Source: Candidatus Woesearchaeota archaeon (GTDB taxonomy: Archaea > Nanobdellota > Nanobdellia > Woesearchaeales > UBA11576). From it: a stretch of DNA of 54,602 nt. The DNA lies in NCBI GenBank assembly GCA_013203345.1, contig JABMQF010000011.1:1-54602 (forward strand), in the 5' to 3' direction. The translations under genes and the position numbers were made by a program. Below the pieces are notes generated by a model that saw only the letters and a program-made list of their open reading frames with translations, had not been told where the DNA came from and made no database searches. Positions 35,337 to 43,491 of this stretch are shown piece by piece. How positions within the stretch are numbered: the first letter of the stretch is position 1; every line of letters begins with the position of its first letter.

Positions 35337-36317
35337 TTATTTTAGTATTCCATCCAGGAACAGATCTATGAATAATACTTCTTTCATAACCCAGTAGTCT
35401 TGTTTTTCTATTATATCTGAATAATTCTTTCTAAAGACTTTTGATATTTTACCTATTTCGTTTGGTGTTTTGAATGCGCATATGAATAAAAATGAGTTTA
35501 TGTTTATATCGTAACTTGCATAGACTATGTTGTTGTTTTCTCTTATTACATTTCTTAGTCTTCTATATTTTTCTTTTGATATGTTACTTAGTTTTATTTT
35601 GAATAAATACTCTGTATATCCTAGTTTTGACAGGTTTATTGATGTTGAATATCCTGCTATTATCCCTTTCTTCTCTAAGTTTTTTATTCTGTATCTTACT
35701 GTATCAAATGTTAGTTTTAGTTTTCTTGCTATCTCCATGTAACTTAGCGATGCATCTTTTGTTAGTATTTTTAGTATTTGTTTGTCTTTCTCTGTTAATT
35801 GTACTTCTCCTTCAGTCCATTTTATTGCAGGAGGCCGTTCTAGTTTTAGTTCTTGGTATATGTCTTGTATCAAGTCTTCTGCTTTGAGTATTTCCGTGGA
35901 TGATGATACTTCATAACTATTCAGTGTTTCTCCAAAGTGTTCTGTTATTTCTTTTATGATCTCTATCAAATGTAAATAGTTTTTTGCCGAGAATTCTACC
36001 ATTAGATCCCATTGTCCTAACATGCTTTCTGCCCATAGAGCATAATCGTGTTCTTTGAAGTATTTTATTATCTCTTTTTTATCATATATGTCTTCATTAA
36101 ATCTAAAAAGCATGATGAATGGTATATGTCCTAAGAGCGAGTAGTTTAATTTGGGTGTGAAGTTTATTATTATCCCTCTTTTTTTCAGTTTTTGTATTCT
36201 GTAACCAACAGAGCTTTCACTCACACCTATTTTTTTCCCTAACTGCTTGTAGCTTTCTCTAGAATTACGTGATAAATAATACAATAATCTCCTATCTTTC
36301 TTATCAATTTCTAACAT
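35337..36317 (-). CDS. Lrp/AsnC-family transcriptional regulator, tandem-duplicated (two HTH + two ligand-domain modules)
   Basis: IDKKDRRLLYYLSRNSRESYKQLGKKIGVSESSVGYRIQKLKKRGII and LTEKDKQILKILTKDASLSYMEIARKLKLTFDTVRYRIKNLEKKGII are each followed by an ..N.S.LGY.. segment. Confidence 0.85.
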   Translation of the reverse strand: MLEIDKKDRRLLYYLSRNSRESYKQLGKKIGVSESSVGYRIQKLKKRGIIINFTPKLNYSLLGHIPFIMLFRFNEDIYDKKEIIKYFKEHDYALWAESMLGQWDLMVEFSAKNYLHLIEIIKEITEHFGETLNSYEVSSSTEILKAEDLIQDIYQELKLERPPAIKWTEGEVQLTEKDKQILKILTKDASLSYMEIARKLKLTFDTVRYRIKNLEKKGIIAGYSTSINLSKLGYTEYLFKIKLSNISKEKYRRLRNVIRENNNIVYASYDININSFLFICAFKTPNEIGKISKVFRKNYSDIIEKQDYWVMKEVLFIDLFLDGILK

Positions 36318-36492
36318 ATCAAGGATAATATGTAATTATTTATAAGTTTTTCCATAAATCAGCTAAAAACTGGCAAAAAGTGTTATATAATAGTATCGTT
36401 TACCCTTATTAAGGAGTAAAAACCACAAAAACAGGGGGAAAGACTTCCAACTTGAATTGATCAAAAAATAATTAAAAAACGGAGGAAATAAA

Positions 36493-37245
36493 ATGTACAC
36501 CCAAACAAATAATTATTCTACAATTTGCGACCGTATCAAAGAAGGTCCGCCTGTCCACACAAGATTTATTAAGCCTTATGAAGCAAGATTGTATACCTCT
36601 GCTGAACAAATCAGACAAGATGGCAGAGTTATCATGACTGGTAAACAGTATGTGCAAGTTCTTCTTGGTGAATTGGGAAATCCTGCAGATATGGAATTAA
36701 TGCGCGATAGCTACGTCACTCTTCCAATAATAGCTCTACCAGATCCTGATGAAAAGAGTCTGGCATTAAGACTTGTCTCTAATCACCAACTGATTGACGA
36801 ACTTACATGGAAAACAAAATTAGATGAAGGGATGATTCCGGTGTCTCAGGAACTCTATGACGGCGCGCTTGGTTTAGATTGTTTTGAAATTGATCATGAT
36901 TCGGCTGTCAAACTAACAAAAGACGAGTATGATCTTCCTGATTTAAGAAAGAAAATATTCACTCACATTGTTGGAGGAGAAGAACAATTGGTAGAAAAGT
37001 GGAGACGTGCTATAATAGACTATACAAAGATTGGTGATCCCGATATTATGCCTTTCATCCCATATCCTTACTCAAAGTATAAATTCCACCACGAAGGAAT
37101 GGACATATCATCAATATTAAAAGGCGGACGATATGTAGGTGTATCTAATCTCGCAATCAGATCTCCAGCCAAAACTATCTTCCCAATAGATTTCGAGTAT
37201 AGTCAGTTTTTTGGGCTAGTGCCTAATGTGCTTGATTTTGAATAA
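36493..37245 (+). CDS. hypothetical protein (250 aa)
   Basis: GGAGG lies 8 nt upstream of the ATG. No motif recognised. Confidence 0.65.
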   Translation: MYTQTNNYSTICDRIKEGPPVHTRFIKPYEARLYTSAEQIRQDGRVIMTGKQYVQVLLGELGNPADMELMRDSYVTLPIIALPDPDEKSLALRLVSNHQLIDELTWKTKLDEGMIPVSQELYDGALGLDCFEIDHDSAVKLTKDEYDLPDLRKKIFTHIVGGEEQLVEKWRRAIIDYTKIGDPDIMPFIPYPYSKYKFHHEGMDISSILKGGRYVGVSNLAIRSPAKTIFPIDFEYSQFFGLVPNVLDFE

Positions 37246-37272
37246 TTTGTCAAGAACAAATCTAAGCGAGTC

Positions 37273-37446
37273 TTACCTAGCGTACGCTGATCTAATCAGA
37301 TCAAACTGTTCTGGAGCAAATCCTTCAATAATATTTTCATTTATTTGAAGCTCAGAATAATCTTCGCAAATAAGATTATTACCTTTGTCATTACCTTGGT
37401 ATTTAACCAACTTATTCGTATCAATGAAGACCACTATTTTTTTCAT
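37273..37446 (-). CDS. small ORF (57 aa), possible truncated PIN-like N-terminus
   Basis: This ORF is below the track's size cut-off; I translated it by hand as MKKIVVFIDTNKLVKYQGNDKGNNLICEDYSELQINENIIEGFAPEQFDLIRSAYAR*. The IVVFIDTN start resembles the first PIN strand. Confidence 0.3.
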   Translation of the reverse strand: MKKIVVFIDTNKLVKYQGNDKGNNLICEDYSELQINENIIEGFAPEQFDLIRSAYAR

Positions 37447-37489
37447 GTTTCCTCGTCTACTTTTTCAAGTATCGGTTGTTGTCAAAAAA

Positions 37490-37588
37490 TGTGGAGCGAG
37501 GGAATCGAACCCCCTCATCGGCCGTGGAAAATCCAGCTGTTATCATTGCTCTAATACAACATTAGGTGGAATGCGCCATGCACTCCAC
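37490..37588 (-). tRNA. tRNA-like gene, isotype unresolved (multi-intron tRNA or degenerate tRNA)
   Basis: The minus strand ends in ...GGGGG-TTCGATT-CCCTC-GCTCCAC-A plus a T-run, which is a canonical T-arm, acceptor 3' strand and discriminator. The matching 5' strand GTGGAGT lies at 37582-37588. The total of 99 nt implies about 25 extra nt. I could not fold a canonical D arm or anticodon arm by eye. Confidence 0.45.
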
Positions 37589-37720
37589 GCCGATGCTCCC
37601 ACCAAACGCTGCAATTCCTAATTTAACATATGACGCCATGTTCATCACCTCCATATACAAGACAATATAGGCTAATGTCGCATAGGCCACAACAACCGCA
37701 GTGAATTTTAACTCCACAGT

Positions 37721-38335
37721 TTATCGGAATTCATCAATAATTTCAATTATTTCATAGGCTAAGCTTAATGGTGTTGAGTCCCTGCTTATCAGTTCAGTAC
37801 CTGCATCTTCATGGACCTTTTTTATTCTTTTCGCATGTGTCTTGGCATCTTCAATTTTTTCTTTTGTTTTTTCATAGAGTTCGGTTTCAGTCTTTGTTTG
37901 AAGGCCAAGTTTTTCTGTGACAAGATCACAGACTTGTCTTTGGTCATATGCGGGTGAATTATAGTATCCATCATGACAAAGAATCCAAAATTCAAAGCAA
38001 GGATTTGAATAGATAATTTTGATTTCTCCCATCTTACTTCGAATCGTTTCGAAAACATCTGCTGTGTTATTATCATCCCTGTCAAACACACAGACAATTA
38101 TATCTCTCTCACTATCGAAGGAGTCCTTGTTGATCTTGAATTCACCGTTCTGGAACCTTAATGCTTTATCAAGTATCTGATCAGCTCTTGTCACTCCAGC
38201 TTCAAGTGGAACGATTTTCAATCTAAGTTTCTCAGTAACGCGAAGATTCTCAAAGTACCTCTTTTCTGTCTTCCCTTCACAGGAGATCCATAGTTTACTT
38301 GTCTTTTTTAAAGTTGTAGGACGTCTTCTAACCAT
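37721..38335 (-). CDS. RloB-like protein (AbiLii-like, predicted Toprim-type nuclease partner)
   Basis: Motifs LWISCEGKTEKRYFENL, IVCVFDRDD and IIYSNPCFEFWILCH are the hallmark RloB motifs. It overlaps the upstream ATPase gene by 8 nt. Confidence 0.85.
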   Translation of the reverse strand: MVRRRPTTLKKTSKLWISCEGKTEKRYFENLRVTEKLRLKIVPLEAGVTRADQILDKALRFQNGEFKINKDSFDSERDIIVCVFDRDDNNTADVFETIRSKMGEIKIIYSNPCFEFWILCHDGYYNSPAYDQRQVCDLVTEKLGLQTKTETELYEKTKEKIEDAKTHAKRIKKVHEDAGTELISRDSTPLSLAYEIIEIIDEFR

Positions 38336-39590
38336 CTTCTGCCTCGAAAAATGTCTCGTCGATGAATGGAAGACCCCCTACACGACCATTCAGATAAGCA
38401 TTTTCAAAACTAAGTGTCTCTCTCAGATCAAAATTTAGCAAAGAGTTTAATTCTGTCCACTTATTAGGTGCTTTTGAACAAATATATACCTGATCTCGTC
38501 TAAATAAGTCCTTATTCTTTAGTAGGGTAGTATCATGTGTGGTAATAACTAGTTGTCCATTTTTTTCATTATATTTGCTGTGAAATAACTTAATCAAAAA
38601 CTCTGTGATGTTTGGGTGTAAATTAAGTTCAAATTCGTCTATGAAAAGAGTTTTGCCAGTCTTTAATATATCAAATATTAGGCCAAGCAGGGCTATAGTT
38701 TTTTGAGTTCCATGAGACTCTTCATCTATGTCTAACCTGACTTCTTTTTTGTTATTATCATAATGAACAAATTTAACGTCATAGAATTCTTTCTCAGTTT
38801 CCTTTAGAGGATTAATTATAGCACCCTCATTTCCAAATTTTAATTCTAAACCGTTGACTTTACGTAACTCTTTTTTAACTTCCAAATCTATTATTCCACC
38901 AAAGTCTGTTTTCTTAAGAATTTTCAGGACTTGTGCCTTAATTTCTTTATCTTCATGTATTTGATGCATGGTCAAATTTGTCTGATTAGGATTTATCACA
39001 ATATCATTTACTATGAACTCATATACACTCCTGGTTTTTTCAAATCCTAGTTGTGTGGCTCTTGACAAATACAAGACGTTATCAGTCATCTGTTTCTCAA
39101 TCAGTTTCTGTTGAGGTTTATCATCTGTGAACTTGAACTCCTTAGAGTTAGTTCTACTGAAAATCAAGGCCTCCCTACCTTTTGGCCAGAAGTACAAGTA
39201 CTCATCAACGATTTTTTCATCATTACATGAAAAACCATACTTATATTTTACATCATCTTTAATGAAAATAATTTCAAATTTGCTAGGTTTATTGATATAT
39301 GCACTATCCAGTTTGAATGGCTGTCTAGTGGGCATCATCTTATTGAATTTTTGATCAACATTGAAATTATGTGAGTTTTTCACTAAGAACCACATGAAAA
39401 AAACTGAGTGGATTAGATTTGACTTGCCTGAGGCATTTGCACCATATACTGCAACAGATCTGAGTAGATTCTCCTTGTCTGGTAAAGCTATTAGATTCTG
39501 AGCTAGCTTCTTGCTAGATCCTGCATCTAAGCTTAATACTGCTGGTTCCTTTATTGAAAGGAAGTTTTGAATTGTAATTTCGACTATCAT
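38328..39590 (-). CDS. AAA_21/ABC-type ATPase (RloA/AbiLi-like)
   Basis: N-terminal IQNFLSIKE..., Walker A YGANASGKSN, Walker B LFIDEFELNLHP, and the VITTHDT H-loop region. Confidence 0.85.
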   Translation of the reverse strand: MIVEITIQNFLSIKEPAVLSLDAGSSKKLAQNLIALPDKENLLRSVAVYGANASGKSNLIHSVFFMWFLVKNSHNFNVDQKFNKMMPTRQPFKLDSAYINKPSKFEIIFIKDDVKYKYGFSCNDEKIVDEYLYFWPKGREALIFSRTNSKEFKFTDDKPQQKLIEKQMTDNVLYLSRATQLGFEKTRSVYEFIVNDIVINPNQTNLTMHQIHEDKEIKAQVLKILKKTDFGGIIDLEVKKELRKVNGLELKFGNEGAIINPLKETEKEFYDVKFVHYDNNKKEVRLDIDEESHGTQKTIALLGLIFDILKTGKTLFIDEFELNLHPNITEFLIKLFHSKYNEKNGQLVITTHDTTLLKNKDLFRRDQVYICSKAPNKWTELNSLLNFDLRETLSFENAYLNGRVGGLPFIDETFFEAEDG

Positions 39591-39740
39591 TTTAGCATAA
39601 TTAAGAAGTGCTCATTTATATATTTATCGCTTATTTTTGCAAATTGTTTGCGGAAATAAGGCATAAATCATCAAAATAAGGGTTTTATTTATAAATGCCT
39701 GCAAAACACGTAAATACTGCCCAAAAACACACAACTCATT

Positions 39741-39768
39741 CTGACATCAAAAGACAATAAAAATGGGG
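39741..39768. repeat. right copy of the 28-nt direct repeat (tRNA-Pro discriminator/acceptor end plus trailer)
   Basis: See 35207-35234. Its last 5 nt are the 3' end of tRNA-Pro. Confidence 0.85.
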
Positions 39769-39867
39769 CCTCGAGGACTTTCGAGCAAAGCATAATCGCC
39801 ATAGCAATTCGAACCCCGGTTAGAAGGCCCCCAGCCTCCAGTGATAGCCAAACTACACTAAGGCCCC
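39764..39867 (-). tRNA. tRNA-Pro (anticodon GGG) with a 30-nt intron in the T-loop (about 39777-39806)
   Basis: The minus strand reads GGGGCCT-TA-GTGT-AGTTTGGCTA-TCAC-T-GGAGG-CTGGGGG-CCTTC-TAAC-CGGGG-TTCGAAT[30 nt]CCTCG-AGGCCCC-A. The acceptor stem is perfect. The intron's 3' end (CTCGAAAGT) mimics the T-loop, as in tRNA-Tyr. Confidence 0.85.
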
Positions 39868-39963
39868 ACGTTATATTTCATGTTATTTTATTACGTTATT
39901 TTCTTACATTATTTTATTACGTTATTTTCTTATATTATTTCCATTGCCAATTGCGTATCAAAC
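39859..39963. repeat. direct repeat R1 (about 105 nt) containing five tandem 13-nt iterons
   Basis: It starts in the tRNA-Pro 5' end (CTAAGGCCCC). The 13-mers at 39882-39946 are GTTATTTTATTAC, GTTATTTTCTTAC, ATTATTTTATTAC, GTTATTTTCTTAT and ATTATTTCCATTG. It ends in CCAATTGCGTATCAAAC. Confidence 0.85.
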
Positions 39964-40035
39964 AACAAACCCTGAGGGTTTGTGTGCCAAAGCATTTTTG
40001 ATGCTTTGAGCATGAGCATAACCATTTGCTACCTG

Positions 40036-40154
40036 CTAAGGCCACATATTATATCTCATGTTATCTTCTCACATTACTTTCTCAAATTATTTTCTTAAGT
40101 TATTTTCTCACATTATTTTCTCACGTTGTATTCATTGTCAATTGTATATAAAAC
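40036..40154. repeat. direct repeat R2 (about 119 nt) containing six tandem 13-nt iterons
   Basis: It starts with CTAAGGCCAC. The 13-mers at 40060-40137 are GTTATCTTCTCAC, ATTACTTTCTCAA, ATTATTTTCTTAA, GTTATTTTCTCAC, ATTATTTTCTCAC and GTTGTATTCATTG. It ends in TCAATTGTATATAAAAC. It is offset 177 nt from R1. Confidence 0.85.
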
Positions 40155-40303
40155 TTTTCAGATGTTTTTCTTCAAACCGATTTGCTTGCTTTACCTATGA
40201 TTTCCACTCTTTACATAGTTGTTTCAATAATTTTCTAAGCGAAATATTTATATACTCACCCCACTGTTGGATAGCTATTTTGCTGCTTGCAAGAGGTGCC
40301 AAT

Positions 40304-41776
40304 ATGAAAAAAACATTTGTGATACTTTTAGGATTATTTCTGATATTTTCCACAATAGCATATGCTGATGTAATTACACCAAAGGATGTTTTGATCAGAG
40401 TAGATGCTATTAATAACAAGATAACTGACCTGGACAAGGGTTATGCAGAATTCAATATCTCAATAACCAACAACAAAGACAGTACAGATAGCTTTAAGAT
40501 GCTTTATCTTGATCCTCCTAATTGGTATGCACAAATTCTGCCAGGCACTTCTGCCAGAACTGTGAAACTTGCACCCGGTGATACTGGCAGCATCCATATG
40601 TTTGTGAGACCTGATAAGCTTAAGCGTGGCACCTATGGCATCAGAGCTCTTGTGCAAGCAATTGGTACAAATTATGTTTATGATGACGCTGTTCTTCGTA
40701 TTGTGGTTGGTGTTGATGAAGATGAAATACCTCCAGAGCCTGATTTGGATGTTGATGTCTCTGTTCCTGCGCAGATGGATCCTACCGGGACGTATACTGT
40801 GCTTGTGAACATTGCAAACAATAACAAAAGGCTTCTTGAGAATGTTAAGGTCAGTATATCAAGCAGCATAATTGCAGATTCAACAAATGTTACAATACAA
40901 CCAGAGGATACAAAGAGCATATCTTTTGCAGTGCTTCTTATGGATAATATAAAGCCTCAAAAGGATAGTCTAGCTATAACTGTTGATTATGAGGGTGAAG
41001 TGTTCCATGATTCAGTTCACAACTTTGATGTTGTTGAGTATCTTCCTCCTTTCCAGACAGATATTGAAGTAGAAAAGAAATGGCTTAAACAAATCAGAAC
41101 AATTCGTATTACAAATACTGGTAACGCTTTAAAGTCAGATTCTATGAGGTTAGAAACTTCTCTTAAGGAGCGGTTCTTCTCAAATTCCGATCCCAAATTC
41201 AGAATTGTTGAACAGGATAAAAAGAGCTTTTTAGTTTGGGATGCTTCTTTAGAACCTGATGAGTCTATGGATATAACATTGACAACAAGCTATAGATGGC
41301 TTGTTCTGGTTGCTATCTTGATCATTGTTCTTCTTGCGCTTAGATTCGCAATTCCAAGTCCTCTTTTGGTTAAGAAGAAATTGAGGTCTGTCCATAAGTC
41401 TCATGGAGGTATTGCTGATTTCTCTGTGATTATTTACCTTCAGAACAGAAGTAAGACTGCTCTTACCAACATAAGGGTTGTTGAGCGTGTGACTAAGATG
41501 GTTGAGCTAAAGCATGACTCTTTTGCAGGCTCACTTCACCCTGCTAAGATGCATAAGCACGATAATGAGGGTACTCTTCTGGAATATAGATTCGGAGAGC
41601 TTGCACCTGGTGATGAGAGAATTATTAAGTATAAAGCGCACTCTAAGCTGCACATCTTCGGCGATATTACCATCAAACCTACAGTAGTAGAGTTTATTTC
41701 TGGTAAAGGCATTAAAAGAAAGTCCCGCTCTAGGGAACTGTCAATATCCACAGAAGAGACAAAAGAAAAAAAGTAA
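40304..41776 (+). CDS. exported protein with signal peptide, one TM and a basic cytoplasmic C-terminal domain
   Basis: I trimmed it to ATG 40304 (MKKTFVILLGLFLIFSTIAYA), with TTTATATA about 50 nt upstream. The upstream part of the track ORF runs through repeat R2. A TM segment WLVLVAILIIVLLAL lies mid-protein. Confidence 0.8.
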   Translation: MKKTFVILLGLFLIFSTIAYADVITPKDVLIRVDAINNKITDLDKGYAEFNISITNNKDSTDSFKMLYLDPPNWYAQILPGTSARTVKLAPGDTGSIHMFVRPDKLKRGTYGIRALVQAIGTNYVYDDAVLRIVVGVDEDEIPPEPDLDVDVSVPAQMDPTGTYTVLVNIANNNKRLLENVKVSISSSIIADSTNVTIQPEDTKSISFAVLLMDNIKPQKDSLAITVDYEGEVFHDSVHNFDVVEYLPPFQTDIEVEKKWLKQIRTIRITNTGNALKSDSMRLETSLKERFFSNSDPKFRIVEQDKKSFLVWDASLEPDESMDITLTTSYRWLVLVAILIIVLLALRFAIPSPLLVKKKLRSVHKSHGGIADFSVIIYLQNRSKTALTNIRVVERVTKMVELKHDSFAGSLHPAKMHKHDNEGTLLEYRFGELAPGDERIIKYKAHSKLHIFGDITIKPTVVEFISGKGIKRKSRSRELSISTEETKEKK

Positions 41777-41805
41777 AGAATTTTAATATTTTATTTTTTT
41801 TATTA

Positions 41806-42435
41806 TCACCTATTGCCGTAATAGAAGATTTTTTCTATTGACACATCTTCAGGCTGGTAATTTCCTGATCTTGCATGAGGCTCTGGCTTTTTTTCTACTG
41901 GTGGAGGAGTTCTTTCTCCTTTGAATTGTGTCTGTCCTTGATTCACATCTTTCGGCTTCATAGGAGGTGTGACAGGACTATTGCTCATCTTCTCAAGCTG
42001 TTGCTTTATGTTTGACATATCTGCTATAATCCCATTTATTTTCTGCTCAACGCTCTTGATGTGTTCTCTGTCCTTATTTATAGCATCTGTAAGATTGTTC
42101 ATTGAGTTTTGCTGTTCTTTGATCAGACTTTCTATCTTTTGCTTGTCTGAACAGCATTCAGTTGTTGATTCTTGTTGTTCTGATAAGTGTTCAGTTTGTG
42201 GACTGTGCTGCGGCTCAGGCATTTGTTGTTCCTGCACTGGCGGAATTTCATGATGTTCTACTGGTTGCAGTTCTTGCACAACTTCTGTATTTTGTTGTTC
42301 TTGAACCGGGACTGCCCCGCCCTCTACCTGTTGTGTTGCAAGCTGTATTGCCTGCTCCATGCTTCCTGCTTGGCCATGCTTCATAAGCTCCCTTGCAAGA
42401 TTGTTTATTTGTTGAATTTTAGAAACGTCATCCAT
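41806..42435 (-). CDS. hypothetical Q/E/P-rich protein (209 aa)
   Basis: The start MDDVSKIQQ has GAGGTG 5 nt upstream. Confidence 0.6.
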   Translation of the reverse strand: MDDVSKIQQINNLARELMKHGQAGSMEQAIQLATQQVEGGAVPVQEQQNTEVVQELQPVEHHEIPPVQEQQMPEPQHSPQTEHLSEQQESTTECCSDKQKIESLIKEQQNSMNNLTDAINKDREHIKSVEQKINGIIADMSNIKQQLEKMSNSPVTPPMKPKDVNQGQTQFKGERTPPPVEKKPEPHARSGNYQPEDVSIEKIFYYGNR

Positions 42436-42470
42436 GATCGCACCTCGAATAAAGAGCACTTATAAAGGGT

Positions 42471-43481
42471 TTATTTCCTCGATGAAGCACTCATATTATC
42501 AAGCATTTCGAGATCATGTAATATATTAATCTTTTCCTTTTTGAAGAATTCAAAAACAACATGCACTTTGTTTATATCTATCTCTTCTGCTTCCGCCTCT
42601 TTCTGCAACAATTTGTGCATCTCTTCTGTGGAAAGCCTTGATTTTTTCTTCAGCTCTTTATGTTCTTTTCTGTCAACAAGAACCCATCTATCGAGATTAT
42701 TTACTATTGACTTAAGCACTTTCTCGAATGTTCTAAGGTTTGCAAGATGGATTTTTATAAGCTTGTTCATGCTTTTTGTGTATGTTTTTTTCTCATGTGC
42801 TTTTAGAAGTGTGATGAGGTGCTGTATTTCTTCTATCTCTTTCCTAACCAGGTCTTCTTCCTGTTTAAGCATATCGGGTGTGAATTTTTGGTGTTGTTTG
42901 CGAAATATGTTTTTGAATGTATTTTCACTACTACCAACTATTTCTGCTATATCTGGATAGTGCTTTTTGAGTTTTGCTATGCTTGTATGCCATCCTCTGC
43001 CTGTAAAGTGCGCTAACTTATGTTCTTTTATCTCTTCAATGACATATCTTATTGCCTGATCTCTTGTATCATGCGAGTTTTCTTTGCCAATTACTTTTTT
43101 TAGCAGGTCTTTGTACTGGTTCTGACAAGTTATTGATTTGTACTTCTTAGAATCAGGATTACTCGCGAAAGCATGATAGACATAGTATTCTGCTGCAATA
43201 AGCAGCGCTCTGTGCTTGCGCACATCACTCTGTTTCAGACCTCTTGTAACCACGATTATTTTGCCGACATCACCTTGTGCTGCTTTTTCGCGACTATTTG
43301 TTCTAAACTCCCACATCTTGGTAGCTCCAAGTGAAGCCGTCTTTAATTCTATATGTGATGCGGATATTTTTTGTGCATTAAGCTTTTTCTTTCTCTTTAT
43401 TGTTGTGTATATCTTTTTGAGGTATGAATTTATCTCTAATGTCAGAAGTCTTGCATAATCCTCTTTTTTGACTTTCAGCAT
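42471..43481 (-). CDS. hypothetical basic protein (336 aa)
   Basis: The start MLKVKKEDY has GAGGTAA 5 nt upstream. This avoids an overlap with the upstream gene. Confidence 0.65.
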   Translation of the reverse strand: MLKVKKEDYARLLTLEINSYLKKIYTTIKRKKKLNAQKISASHIELKTASLGATKMWEFRTNSREKAAQGDVGKIIVVTRGLKQSDVRKHRALLIAAEYYVYHAFASNPDSKKYKSITCQNQYKDLLKKVIGKENSHDTRDQAIRYVIEEIKEHKLAHFTGRGWHTSIAKLKKHYPDIAEIVGSSENTFKNIFRKQHQKFTPDMLKQEEDLVRKEIEEIQHLITLLKAHEKKTYTKSMNKLIKIHLANLRTFEKVLKSIVNNLDRWVLVDRKEHKELKKKSRLSTEEMHKLLQKEAEAEEIDINKVHVVFEFFKKEKINILHDLEMLDNMSASSRK

Positions 43482-43491
43482 ACTGATTACC

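Noticed and set aside
37621-37720. Duplicate of the tRNA-Pro 3' end near the RloB gene, as an inner att site
   Set aside because: There is no convincing match to the tRNA-Pro 3' sequence. The only strong direct repeat partner is at 35207-35234.
39882-40137. Possible CRISPR or mini-array from the 13-nt periodic repeats
   Set aside because: The units are head-to-tail 13-mers without spacers. This is an iteron or microsatellite-type array, not repeat-spacer architecture.
40058-40303. N-terminal 82 codons of the 572-aa track ORF
   Set aside because: This stretch runs through iteron repeat R2 (repetitive SHIIFS-type translation). A canonical signal peptide starts at ATG 40304 and has its own TATA box.
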